A stretch of 63,049 nucleotides of DNA from Nemertoderma westbladi (lineage: Eukaryota; Animalia; Xenacoelomorpha), in contig JAUCBJ010006300.1 of NCBI GenBank assembly GCA_032718475.1, forward strand, positions 1-63,049, written 5' to 3'. Both the position numbers and the translations under genes were made by a program. Positions 1 through 11,056 of the stretch are shown here, in pieces. Positions within the stretch are counted from its first letter, which is position 1, and each line of letters opens with the position of its first letter. The notes under the pieces are model-generated. The model worked only from the letters and a program-made list of their open reading frames with translations. It was not told the DNA's origin and searched no databases.

Positions 1-50
1 CCTTTACAGAACTCTTTTTATGGAATTAAAGATCACCCTTATTACGTTAA

Positions 51-608
51 TCTGACTCAATATTATATGGTAAAACCCAGCGCGTTGGAGAATGTATTTC
101 AACCAAATATGTACGCAAATTTCTCAGGAGCATTAATCCGAGTGACATCAATTCGTACAACTTAATAAACTTTATCCGTCAAGACCCTGTCTATGGAGAC
201 TTATTCGTCAACTCACACCCTGAGTTACAAGAAGTATATCGACGGCCTTACGAGTACCGAGCCCGCGAACGCGAGTTAGAAAGAACCATTAAACCAAGGA
301 AGTTTCTAACGGCCTATGGTCCACCCACGGCCCTCGTTCAGACCACTCGTAAAGGACCCGTAAGAGCGGCTGTCTTGAAACGAGCTCTCAAAGCCGTTAG
401 ACCCCTCTCCCCGGACGTTGATGTCAATCAACCCGGTACTTCGACCGGCGGATATACCGATCGCAATCCCATACCTTCTGATGCAATCATATTGCACCCT
501 TCACCCCGGAGTTATAGCCCTCCTAGTAAAGTGGCTCGCCCCAAAGAGAAAAGGACTCTTGCTAGCCTCAAAAAACTGCGTAAACGCCGTCCGCGCAAGA
601 AAGACTAA
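51..608 (+). CDS. C-terminal part of the element's orphan 3' ORF with a basic, NLS-like tail (KKLRKRRPRKKD); start not defined
   Basis: Frame +3 is open from 51 to the TAA at 606-608. The tail is homologous to about 23350-23455 in copy B. Confidence 0.45.
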   Translation, partial: SDSILYGKTQRVGECISTKYVRKFLRSINPSDINSYNLINFIRQDPVYGDLFVNSHPELQEVYRRPYEYRARERELERTIKPRKFLTAYGPPTALVQTTRKGPVRAAVLKRALKAVRPLSPDVDVNQPGTSTGGYTDRNPIPSDAIILHPSPRSYSPPSKVARPKEKRTLASLKKLRKRRPRKKD

Positions 609-686
609 CTATTTAGAGTATTTTTGTATTTTAGAAACTGTGATTTTGTATATTTTATAGACTTAAATCCCATTTTCTGGGAGCGG

Positions 687-1936
687 TGTAAAAGCTTTTG
701 TGGGATAACTGATACGTTTGCCTTGGCTGGCCAGTTCCCCCCCCGGCGCTGGAATACTCTAAAAAAGGTTTTCTAACTGTATATATATTCCCCTCGCCCG
801 CAAGGTACCTTTACAGGTGTTTTAACGGACATAAAAATCATTCTGCTATATACGTGTTTTAACGGACATGGTAAGACAAAAACTTGTAATGCACAAACCA
901 CCTTTCACAGTTTAGCCGTGATGATTCATATTACGACATCTAGCAGCTGGTTGCTGACATGGAAACAGCCATTGGCAGCGTGGTTCTTTGTTTGGCTTGG
1001 GCCAATCAGGGCGGTTTTTCCTGTCGACGTGTAGCTTTCCTGGAAATCAGGAGAGTGTTACCTTCTGACGGGAGAGAGAGAGAGAGTTGTCACTTTTTGT
1101 TGTTATTGCTGTCTAAGCCAGAAACACCGGCATTTTTGGATAGATACTGCTGTACCGTGAACTGCAGAACTGCTTGAATTATCGAAAGTATAAACTGTTA
1201 CCGGCGGTGTCACCTGACTTAATCATTCACTAACTCATTAATCATATTGTTTGTACTGTTATTTTACCGTCAGTTATTAATTGTAAATATTTGTTGATGG
1301 AAATATTGCTATTTGGATAATACGGATAAATCACCCAATTCCCAATTTTCTTGATAACACTACAGGTTAGAGAGACCGGCTATATATAACAATTGCGATT
1401 TATATTAATGTGGTGTGTATTGAATCCAATGTTATTTAGCAGACCCTACGCGAGTCAATTACTGCTCTCTTTATGTGTGATCAAATATACTGACTGTCGG
1501 CAGAATAGTGTGTATGATTGTGATTGGTAACAAAGTATTTCCTAAAGAATACGTTTTATACTTTAATCATCAGCAGTATCGTTGCGTTTAGTATAAGTCT
1601 TAGTTCTGTTTAAATAGATAAAGCGCCACGTCCTAAAGGAACTGTTAATATTTCCCGAAAGCCAATAATATCTGTCAGAGATTAATTATTAACGATCTAT
1701 CGAATAATACATTAGGTATACACTACAACCTTACACTGTAATAATACAATTCAAGCATCCGAATTCAGTCTCCCGGGTGTAGATCCATCGGGTGAATGAT
1801 CGCGCATGGGCTGACTTCGGCTAATGTTTTGCGTATTAGCATAAATTATTGTCGTATGCTAAAGTGGTTTTAATTAACGAAAAGACATATAAATTTTGGC
1901 AGGTTAAACTGCTAAAGGTCTTCGAAAGCGCGTACA
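687..1936 (+). repeat. LTR A (1250 bp, TGT...ACA)
   Basis: Homologous to 11057-12280, 23533-24732 and 33905-35181, with TG/CA termini and a preceding PPT-like tract. Confidence 0.9.
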
Positions 1937-2456
1937 CATGTCCTTTATGTGATTTATTAAAAAAAACATTAAACCTTGAAATAATTTTAGGAGTTATTAA
2001 AGCGGGAACATGGTAAGGTTGATTTCTGACATACGAGGTTTTTATTCTGCAATAAATCTTTCAAAAGTAAATATTGGCAGTCAATTTTACATTCAGAGGG
2101 AAAGGACACATTCCCTTTAGCGAATTCACTACAATTATGACCTCTAATAATTAATTTTTGCAACACCATTTACAAATTCATGGAGGTATGTTTACTGGCT
2201 TTAGGAAGCCTCTGGTAGATAAAGGTGACAAACTTTTAACGACTTTACTTATTTATATTACTTATTGCCATTAATATTAACAACAATTTTGACATGCATA
2301 ACGACAATTAATTTATTTTATATCATCATTATATTAATATTCATTCATAGGACTATTTATTGGTATATCATTCCGATTTCCGTGTATTCGTTTAATTATT
2401 CCTATTTTGTGCTCTAATTCAGTTCTTATGAACTCAGTAGTCTATATTACACTACA

Positions 2457-2529
2457 CATACATACATACATACATACATACATACATACATACATACATA
2501 CATACATACATACATACATACATACATAC
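2457..2529. repeat. (CATA)n microsatellite
   Basis: Perfect tetranucleotide run. Confidence 0.95.
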
Positions 2530-2589
2530 TTTCTACACACATACTTTCTAAACATTTTCATGGATCAGTCATATTAAAGTTTAGTTTAA

Positions 2590-4160
2590 CCCTATTAAAC
2601 CCGGGGGGGGTCAATATGACCCCCCCCCCCGTGGTTTTTTTATTATAATTCTGAAACAAACGCAGTTGGGAATCTAAAATTTTATGACTTTTCCTAAAAA
2701 TCTATTGTCTTCCTAGTAGTGAAAACCGTTTTCAAAAATATTGGATAGTTTTCGAGTTATAGTACCATTTTTTAACCCTACTTTTGGCACTTTTTTTGAG
2801 ACGTTTTTTGAAAATTACATTTCATTAAATATGAATTGTAACATCTCTATTTTTGATTTACACCGGTTTTTTGGTGTTAGCAATTGGATGGAATTCATAT
2901 AAATTGATTTAGAAATTTCAAACTTGTTTTTTTCGGCGGGTGCCAAATTTTGGTGTCAGCACCAAATTTTGAAACGTGTTAATTTTGTAAATTGATTGTT
3001 TGAAACTTGTTTTTTATGCAATTGGGGTTTTTTGGTGTTCTGGTTTCGATAAAATATATATGAGTTGCACCAAGCGTATCAAACTTGTATTTTTCGGTGC
3101 TGCGTGCAAATTTTGGTGCTTGCACGAAATTTTGAAAATCCATTCAATAGATAAAATTACTTGTGACAATTTATTTCTTGCGTTTTATAGGTTTATGGCT
3201 GTTCTGAATTCAATGGAATATATAATTATCTAACTAGACATCTCAAACTTGTATTTTTCGGAAGTGGGTGCAAAATGTGGTGCTAGCACCAAATTTTGAA
3301 AACCATCAAATATATCACTTGATTGTGTCACCTTGTTTCTTGCGTTATACGGGTTTGTGAGGGTTCTGAATTCAAAGGAATCAGTAAAAATTTCAAAAGA
3401 GTTTTCAAACTTGTATTTTTCGCCGGTGGGTGAAAATTGTTGTGCCAGCACCAAATTTTGGAAAATAAGCAAATTGATCAGTAGATAGTATCATCTTGTT
3501 TCTTGCGTTATACGGGTTTATGAGAGTCCTGAATCCGATGAAATCAATAAAAACAGCACTGGACATCGCAAACCTGTACGTTTTGGTGATGAGTACGAAA
3601 TTTGGTGCTAGCACCAAAATTTGACAAATTACGCCGAAACATACAAGTAGCAATGATATGGCATATTATAAATGTATTCCATTAGAATCAGCGCCCTAGA
3701 AAACCTATAAATGTGAATTTATAGCATCGTAGAAGTGAATTAAAAATTTTGTGTTCTAACTGAAAATTGCTGGTTACTTGTTTTTTCATTTTTTTCCTAC
3801 GCAGAGAGGACTAAACAGCCATTGATAGTAATCATATTTCAATCATATATTTTCAAATGTATTTTGCGCCCCAGAAAACCTGTATTGAAAAACAATTAGC
3901 CGAAAAAATGTAACTTTCAAATTCTGTGAAAATTGTGCACTACTTGTAATTTTGGTGCTGCAATATAACCAGCCCAGTACATTTTTTCGAAAATTTTTTT
4001 TGCAGTCGGATCCACACTAGTGATACCTACGTACAAACAAAAAATCAGACGTTTTCGTAAAAATTTGTAGATTTTAGAGGGGGGTCAATATGACCCCCTC
4101 CCCCCCCCCCCCCCCCCTCCCGGTATTTGTAAAACATTTTATAGCCCGGTACTAATAGGG
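2590..4160. mobile_element. Non-autonomous piggyBac-like DNA transposon
   Basis: Flanked by TTAA (2586-2589 and 4161-4164), with termini CCCTATTA...TAATAGGG. The subterminal palindrome GGGGGTCAATATGACCCCC occurs at both ends. Internal degenerate repeats contain TTTGGTGCTAGCACCAAA. No transposase ORF. Confidence 0.8.
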
Positions 4161-4704
4161 TTAAGAAATTTGAGAGTTCCTGAGCAATACACTTTCAAAA
4201 TTAGACCGACCGAACGACCGACCGACAGACAGTCTGACCGACAGAGATTGAGATAACTGTTCACGTATGCTACGCTCGCTTACTTTCGAGGCTCGCTCCA
4301 CAATGTCGTAAAACTGCTTACAACCGCAGTGAAATAATAGTGTGTACGCCTACAGATCTTGCTAAAGCTATGCTCACTATCATGATACTGTATATAGACG
4401 TAAGTGCAGTGCACGTCCCAGATAATTTTCTTCTGGATATCGGGTTGAAAAAGTTATCCTTTCATGAGCTTGGAGACACATACGAAATCTCATCTACAAT
4501 TTCATGGGTATTTGAGTATATTCATGTGAAAAACTGCTTTATTTTTGAATTATTTAAAACTGTTTGATTTAAAAATTGCATAACAATACATAACCAACGC
4601 TAAAAGCATCAGCGCCTTACTGGTAAATGCAGGTTGTACTGTAATTGAGCATGTGTAATTGTAAATTAACAATTACTTCCCCCCCCCCCCCCCCTCCCGA
4701 TATA

Positions 4705-4891
4705 TTTTCCCGAGATATTATCAACATTCAAGGGAATTATTATTTAGCTAAGCGTTTAAAGCTCTGACGAGTTTTGAACTCTTAGCTAAATAATAATTAA
4801 TATTCTAGAATAGAGCCATATATACATTAGAATAATGTAGATTTTCGTCATAAAATTAATGCCTTTGAATGTTGATAATATCTCAGGAAAA
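4705..4891. repeat. Small MITE-like inverted-repeat element with an internal hairpin
   Basis: TTTTCCCGAGATATTATCAACATTCAAGG at about 4705 is inverted at about 4862-4891. An internal palindrome lies at about 4735-4798. Confidence 0.45.
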
Positions 4892-5482
4892 TGTTGGTGA
4901 AATTTAAAACGGTTTTTTGATTCGGAATCTACAGACGAAGGCGGTTCTAATGATATCTAGATTACATTTCAAAGACGTAAAAATAAAGTCTACGGGGGTG
5001 GTTAAACATTGCTAAATAGACATTTTTTAAGGGATTGTTGTATGGAAATAACTGAGAAATTGAAAAATCCGGCCAGGCCACCAGTAAGAAAAGGTGTCGA
5101 TCTATCATCATACCGAATTTCGTAGCATTTTATTGAAATTTGAAAAAAATTAGGGGGGGGGGGGCTCCGACCCCCTAAAATTGGTTGTTGTATGAAGGGT
5201 TATGGTGTAAGCAAGACCCGTTTCCGCGCTGCTTTTTTATGTAAGGTATTCTGAGCTTTTTTGAGCTGTTTTTCTAGCTTTTTTGAGCTTTTTTTCTATC
5301 TTATTTTCAGATAGATTATTTATTATCATTCTGAAGTAGACAAATGCACAAAGTCCAGAGAAACGCATCTGGAACTGATAATAACTACACACAATAATAA
5401 ATAGTATAAAAACAACAGTTAGATAGATATACTTTTTTCCAATAATAGTTATTATATACATACAGTATTAAGACTATTGTTA

Positions 5483-6487
5483 ATGATGAGTCGAAAAGTG
5501 ATAATCATTTGTATTACAATTATTATTACCATTGTAATCTTAAACTTTTCGCATAATGTAATGGTGATAGTTGATGACAGAGCACCTCTTCGAAGTAGGA
5601 TAATTAAACTTTCAATGGAGAAAAACCAAACCTTATTAAACAATGAAAAAGTGTACACTACAAATTCTACGAAACAACCAGTTGATAGATTTATTATAGA
5701 GAATCCCAGGGCGTGTGATAATATCACAAAAGGTAACCCAAGATTTATTATCCTTCTACTTATAAAAACGCGACCGTCATCTACAGAAAAACGGCTCGCT
5801 ATTCGCGAAACATATGCAACAAGAAAAGTAATCAATGGGACCAACATAAAGCTCTTGTTTGTATTGGGTTATCAGCCAGAATTTCAACAAAAAATTCTAA
5901 GTGAGAGTTCCATATATGGTGATATAGTGCAGGGAAATTTTACAGATAGCTACAGAAATTTAACTCTGAAACTAATAATGTCTTGGGATTGGGCTGATCG
6001 CTATTGTAGAAAGGCAACATTTATCGGTTTGGGAGATGACGATATGTTCATTAACCCATTCACGTTGGTTCAATCTCTCTCTGGAGTGCCACAAAAACGT
6101 TTTTATGGAGGGGCATTATGGGGTCGTAATGTTGTTCTAAGGGACCCTAAATCCAGGCATTACGTAGACCCTAAGGATTTCCCACCCGAATACTACCCAC
6201 CTTACTGCAGTGGTGGACTATATTTCATTTCGAGTGATCTCCTTTTTCCTCTACTAATTAACGTACCACTTCATCAATTAATATCTGTGGACGACGCTTA
6301 TACTGGGATTCTGATGGCTTCCATTCTGATTGAACCCACACACATTCGTAACATAGACGTTTGGGATGATATGAGTCATACATTTAATCCCTCAGTTTGG
6401 GATAGAGTTATTGCGACCCATAGCTACTCAACCCAAAACTTTAGATTATATTGGAAATGGTTGTTGGAGGGTTACGCTAAGGACTGA
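5483..6487 (+). CDS. GT31 (Galactosyl_T) beta-1,3-galactosyl/N-acetylglucosaminyltransferase, type II Golgi membrane protein, single coding exon, 334 aa
   Basis: N-terminal TM segment (VIIICITIIITIVIL) and motifs R-AIRET, DIVQGNFTDSYRNLTLK, GDDDMF (DxD), YPPYCSGGLY and VDDAYTG. First ATG is at 5483. Confidence 0.93.
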   Translation: MMSRKVIIICITIIITIVILNFSHNVMVIVDDRAPLRSRIIKLSMEKNQTLLNNEKVYTTNSTKQPVDRFIIENPRACDNITKGNPRFIILLLIKTRPSSTEKRLAIRETYATRKVINGTNIKLLFVLGYQPEFQQKILSESSIYGDIVQGNFTDSYRNLTLKLIMSWDWADRYCRKATFIGLGDDDMFINPFTLVQSLSGVPQKRFYGGALWGRNVVLRDPKSRHYVDPKDFPPEYYPPYCSGGLYFISSDLLFPLLINVPLHQLISVDDAYTGILMASILIEPTHIRNIDVWDDMSHTFNPSVWDRVIATHSYSTQNFRLYWKWLLEGYAKD

Positions 6488-7128
6488 TTAATGCAATTCA
6501 TCAACAAAGATCTTTGGGATCGCGATGATCAATTATCATTTACATTAAAAGAATTTAATAGCCTGAGAGTACTAAATAATATCTTCATACTACAAAATGA
6601 AACAGTATGATTTTACAGTGCCTTTCCTACAATTCCTACTGTACCAAACCGGATCCGATATTTGTAGTTAGTTATTAATAATTGTATTGGATCGATCCAA
6701 GTTGGATGTCCTTATTTCCAATATCGCCATTATCCATTATTGCCATTATCGGGCCTTATGGCAATAATGTCGGAAATTCCGCTAAATTTCTTAGATTATG
6801 ACTTAGGATTACATGACATTTTTAATTAGGGTTAAGGCCTGACCAACTTAACTTACCCTAACCAAAATAATAAACCAATATAACCATAATATACAATCCT
6901 CCATAGCCTCAACAAATTCACTGTATAAACTCGTAAATTAATAACAATTTAGTATTTTGTATTCCTGCATTGGGCTGTATTGCATTTGTAGGTACCCGAA
7001 GAAGACTGAAATAAATATAGTGCGTCAAATAAGAGAGCTCTATCAAAGAACAAGAATATTCCTGACACCTAGGCCTATAAAGGGGTCCGCAGCAAACTTC
7101 GCCCGGAGCAACCTGAATCGCCCTCAAA

Positions 7129-7995
7129 ATGAGTAACTAAGACACGGTGGAAACCTTCGCCCGCAGGCAATCTTCGCCTGCGAGCAACCTTCGCCCACTA
7201 AACAATTATTGTTTTGGTTAGAAAATGCCGTCTCTGTAACGTGCTCCTTTCCCTCAATTGATAACAACATCGTTTATTGCTTTGGTTAGAAAAAGGTATC
7301 TATAACAGGGCACAGCCATGATATGGAGGTCTTTATGTATTCTATAATGTAATAGGACAATAATATGATAATGCTCTCCATAGCGAAAAATATCAACCGA
7401 CCCTATTGGGGTTCGAACCCGGTACCTAGGTTTCAAACTTCCGGTTATCATCAGCCGGGTGTGTCTACTGAGCTACCAGATCGGATGAAGATTTCGCTAT
7501 GGAGTGGGATATCATATTATCTATCATATTATATTATCTATCTATATGTATTCCATTAGCAATGTATGGTGCAGCGTTAATAAATTCATCCCTTATAGAT
7601 AATATTAATACCATCTTCTGAAAAGCAATGCAGTCAATATTGAGATTAGGGAACTACATTTCACATGATGTTCTATACGCTCATTCTCTACACAATTACG
7701 AAATCTAAATGCAGGGGCATATGGGGCATTTAACAGCGGTAATGACAAGATGGTTTACTTTTTCAGCCATATTCTGTCAAGGCACTTGTGTGGTCTGCAG
7801 AATGGTGACCTTTTTGAAGACTACCAAATTGAGTTATGGAGATCCGGTCTGTCAAGTCTGCAGTCATTATGCTCGCATCAGTAGGCCTACTCATTACAGC
7901 AATGTATTAAAGATACCAGTAACACCGGCGAAATTGTACGATTTAGGGATGAATATAACTATGTATATTTATGGTCACTCCTGAATAACTTCCAT
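7129..7995 (+). repeat. Local duplication, copy 1 (blocks about 7129-7530 and 7755-7995)
   Basis: Near-identical to about 10015-10416 and 10479-10720. Confidence 0.85.
7396..7484 (-). mobile_element. tRNA-derived SINE-like head / tRNA pseudogene (second copy at about 10282-10370)
   Basis: The minus strand has A-box TAGCTCAGTAG, B-box GGTTCGAACCC and CCGATC/GGTCGG acceptor-like pairing, but a non-canonical anticodon and variable region. Confidence 0.55.
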
Positions 7996-8080
7996 CACAA
8001 ATATTAAATCATTAAATATTAAATCCATCATAAATATTAAACGAACCATTACAGTCTTACCTTTACAAATACAACCTAAT

Positions 8081-9443
8081 TGGTAGGTGCTAAAATGCAC
8101 AACGAGCAACAATGACCAACAACGAGCAACAATGACCAACAATGAGCAACAACGAGCAACAATGAGCAACAGCGAGCAACAATGAGCAACAACGAGCAGC
8201 AATGAGCAACAACGAGCAACAATGAGCAACAACGAGCAACAATGAGCAACAACGAGCAATAATAAAGTGCAACAACGAGCAACAACGAGCATTAATAAAG
8301 TACAACAATGAGGAACAACGAACAACAATGACCAACAACGAGCAACAATGAGCAACAACGAGACGAGCAACAATTAACAACCAAAATAGCAATAAGAATA
8401 ACAATAATGAATAACAAAAGTTCGTTGTTGCTCATTATTGCTCGTTGTTGTACTTTATTAATGCTCGTTGTTGCTCATTGTTGCTCGTTGTTGCTCGTTG
8501 TTGCTCATTGTTGCTCGTTGTTGCTCAATGTTGTTCAGTGTTGCTCGTTGTTGTTCATTGTTGCTCGTTGGTGCTCATTGTTACTCGTTGTTGTACTTTA
8601 TTATTGCTCATTGTTGATCGTTGTTGCTCATTGTTGCTCGTTCTTGCTCATTGTTGCCCATTGTTGCTCGTTGTTGCTCATTGTTGCTCATTGTTGCTCG
8701 TTGTTGCTCATTGTTGCTCGTTGTTGCTCATTGTTGCTCGCTTTTGGTCATTGTTGCTCATTGTTACTCGTTGTTGTACATTATTATTGTTCGTTGTTGC
8801 TCATTGTTGCACGTTGTTGCTCATTGTGCTAACTCGCGACTAACGTCGCGAATTGATGGTTGCTACACAAGACTACTAAGGGCAGCCCTAAACATCAGTT
8901 GGAGACAACACATGACAAACGCCGAGCTTTATGGTACAATACCACCTGTATCAACCACCCTCCGTGAACGCAGATTAAGATTCAGTGGGCACTGCTGGCG
9001 AAGTAAAGACGAGGTCATACCAGATCTACTTCTCTGGCAACCAACTCATGGAAAGCGTAGTCGTGGACGACCTGCCATAACATATATAGATCAACTTGAA
9101 AGGGATACTGAACTTGGGAGAAACGAAATTGCGACAACTATGGCGAATCGGGAAGCCTGGAAGGATCTCATTTCCACTGTCCGAGTTCGCTCGACCTAGT
9201 AGTAGTAGTAGTTGCTCATTGCTGCTCATTGTTGCTCATTGTTTCTCATTGTTGCTCATTGTTTCTCGTTGTTACTCATTGTTGCTCGTTGTTGGTCATT
9301 AATGCTCATTGTTACTCGCTGTTGTACTTTATTATTGCTCGTTGTTGCTCATTGTTGCTCGTTGTTGCTCATTGTTGCTCATTGTTGCTCGTTGTTGCTC
9401 GTTGTTGGTCATTGTTGCTCGTTGTGCATTTTAGCACCTACCA
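8081..9443. mobile_element. Foldback-type element with long inverted arms made of 10-bp tandem repeats
   Basis: TGGTAGGTGCTAAAATGCACAACGAGCAAC... is inverted as ...GTTGCTCGTTGTGCATTTTAGCACCTACCA. The arms are (AAYGAGCAAC)n and (GTTGCTCRTT)n. The flanking duplication is ACCTAAT (7-9 bp depending on the terminus call). Confidence 0.75.
8828..9212 (+). mobile_element. 5'-truncated RTE-clade LINE 3' end with (TAG)n tail, nested in the foldback arm
   Basis: Encodes IDGCYTRLLRAALNISWRQHMTNAELYG...RRLRFSGHCWR...RSRGRPAITYIDQL. The stop at 9197-9199 runs directly into TAG repeats. Confidence 0.85.
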
Positions 9444-10014
9444 ACCTAATCACAAGCTTACAAAACGGGTTCCGTCCCAAAACTTCCACATCGCATGATC
9501 TGCTTCAAATATCCGAAAAATGTTCGCTATGCTTGACTCCCATCAGTCAACTTGTACAGTTCATCGACCTTAAGAAGGCCTTCCCTTCGATAATGTAGAC
9601 CACAAGATCCTTATAAAGAAACTTGAGCAATGGGCTGCAAACGGAGAGCCAAAGGCTCGACAGAGTCTTATGAGGAATAAATAATGCAGTCTTTTTAATG
9701 GAACTTAGCAAACTAAAACTAGAGACGGGCCTAGCGGCTAGATAAGGAACCAACTTTTTACAAAAGACGGCGTAAATACGTCGATAAGCAAGTCGGAAGT
9801 CATCAATCAAATGTAAATTCCATCAATAATGTTTGCCTATGGTCTGAAGGAAAGTGTTATTTACCTATGGTCAGAGAGAGAGATTCCACTCTGTAACTTG
9901 GCAATTGCTCAAATCCATTCACCTGAATGGCACAGTAGAGTAAACTAAAGTAAATTTCCTCAACAATGTTTGCCTGTGGTCTGAAGGGAAGGGAAGGTTC
10001 TGAAGTGAACTCTG

Positions 10015-10720
10015 ATGAGTAACTAAGACACGGTGGAAACCTTCGCCCGCAGGCAATCTTCGCCTGCGAGCAACCTTCGCCCACTAAACAATTATTGTTT
10101 TGGTTAGAAAATGCCGTCTCTGTAACGTGCTCCTTTCCCTCAATTGATAACAACATCGTTTATTGCTTTGGTTATAAAAAGGTATCTATAACAGGGCACA
10201 GCCATGATATGGAGGTCTTTATGTATTCTATAATGTAATAGGACAATGATATGATAATGCTCTCCATAGTGAAAAATATCAACCGACCCTATTGGGGTTC
10301 GAACCCGGTACCTAGGTTTCAAACTTCCGGTTATCATCAGCCGGGTGTGTGTACTGAGCTACCAGATCGGATGAAGATTTGGCTATAGAGTGGCATATCA
10401 TATTATCAATCATATTACGCCCATGTGAAGAATACCAGGATTTCACTTTTCGGTCGACTTTTTATTGGAATTTTATATTTACTTTTTCAGCCATATTCTT
10501 TCAAGGCACTTGAGTGATCTGCAGAATGATAACCTTTTTGAAGACTACCAAATTGAGTTATGGAGATCCGGTCTGTCAAGTCTGCAGTCATTATGCTCGC
10601 ATTAGTAGGCCTACTCATTACAGCAATGTATTAAGGATACACCAGTAACACCGGCGAAATTGTACGATTTAGGGATCAATATAACTATGTATATTTATCG
10701 TCACTCCTGAATAATTGCCA
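10015..10720 (+). repeat. Local duplication, copy 2
   Basis: Matches the 7129-7995 blocks, including the SINE-like head. Confidence 0.85.
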
Positions 10721-11056
10721 TCGCACTTTTACCAACAAGAAAGAATGTACTTGGCTCATTCCATGTAAAGTGCGGGACATTCGTACGACTTTTTGTGCAT
10801 ACTTTAGTACTTACTGTACATCAAGAAAATGAACTAAAATATTATAATGCTTGTGTTTCTTAGAAAAACCAATTATCGACGTATCGTTTACCAATTACCA
10901 ATAATTACCAATTATCGGTTGAGTAAAAAAAAGCAGTTTGGAAAACCTGCAGCAGTTTATGTCTCAGAATTATTTAAAGTTAGTTAGTGTTAGTTAGTTA
11001 GTAGAGTTAGTTAGTTAGGGTAAAGTTAGTGGGAAATGTTTTGTTTCATGATGTTC

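Larger units (their letters stand above)
1..1936 (+). mobile_element. 3' end of BEL/Pao-related LTR retrotransposon copy A (3' ORF remnant, PPT, 3' LTR); truncated by the window start
   Basis: About 477-686 aligns with about 23325-23532, just before the 3' LTR of copy B. The PPT-like TGGGAGCGG is followed by TGTAAA at 687. The LTR ends in GCGCGTACA at 1936, as in copy C. Confidence 0.85.
8040..9830 (+). pseudogene. Degraded non-LTR (CR1/L2-like) RT fragment interrupted by the foldback element
   Basis: Rejoining the flanks gives EPLQSYLYKYNLITSLQNGFRPKTST...VQFIDLKKAF, matching the LINE RT Q-GFR and DL-KAFD motifs. Confidence 0.65.

Noticed and set aside
7396-7484. Functional tRNA gene
   Set aside because: The anticodon loop and variable region are non-canonical, and it is duplicated within repeat blocks.
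7975-9598. Cys/Leu-rich ORFs (VAHCCSLLL repeats)
   Set aside because: They are translations of the 10-bp foldback repeat in several frames on both strands.
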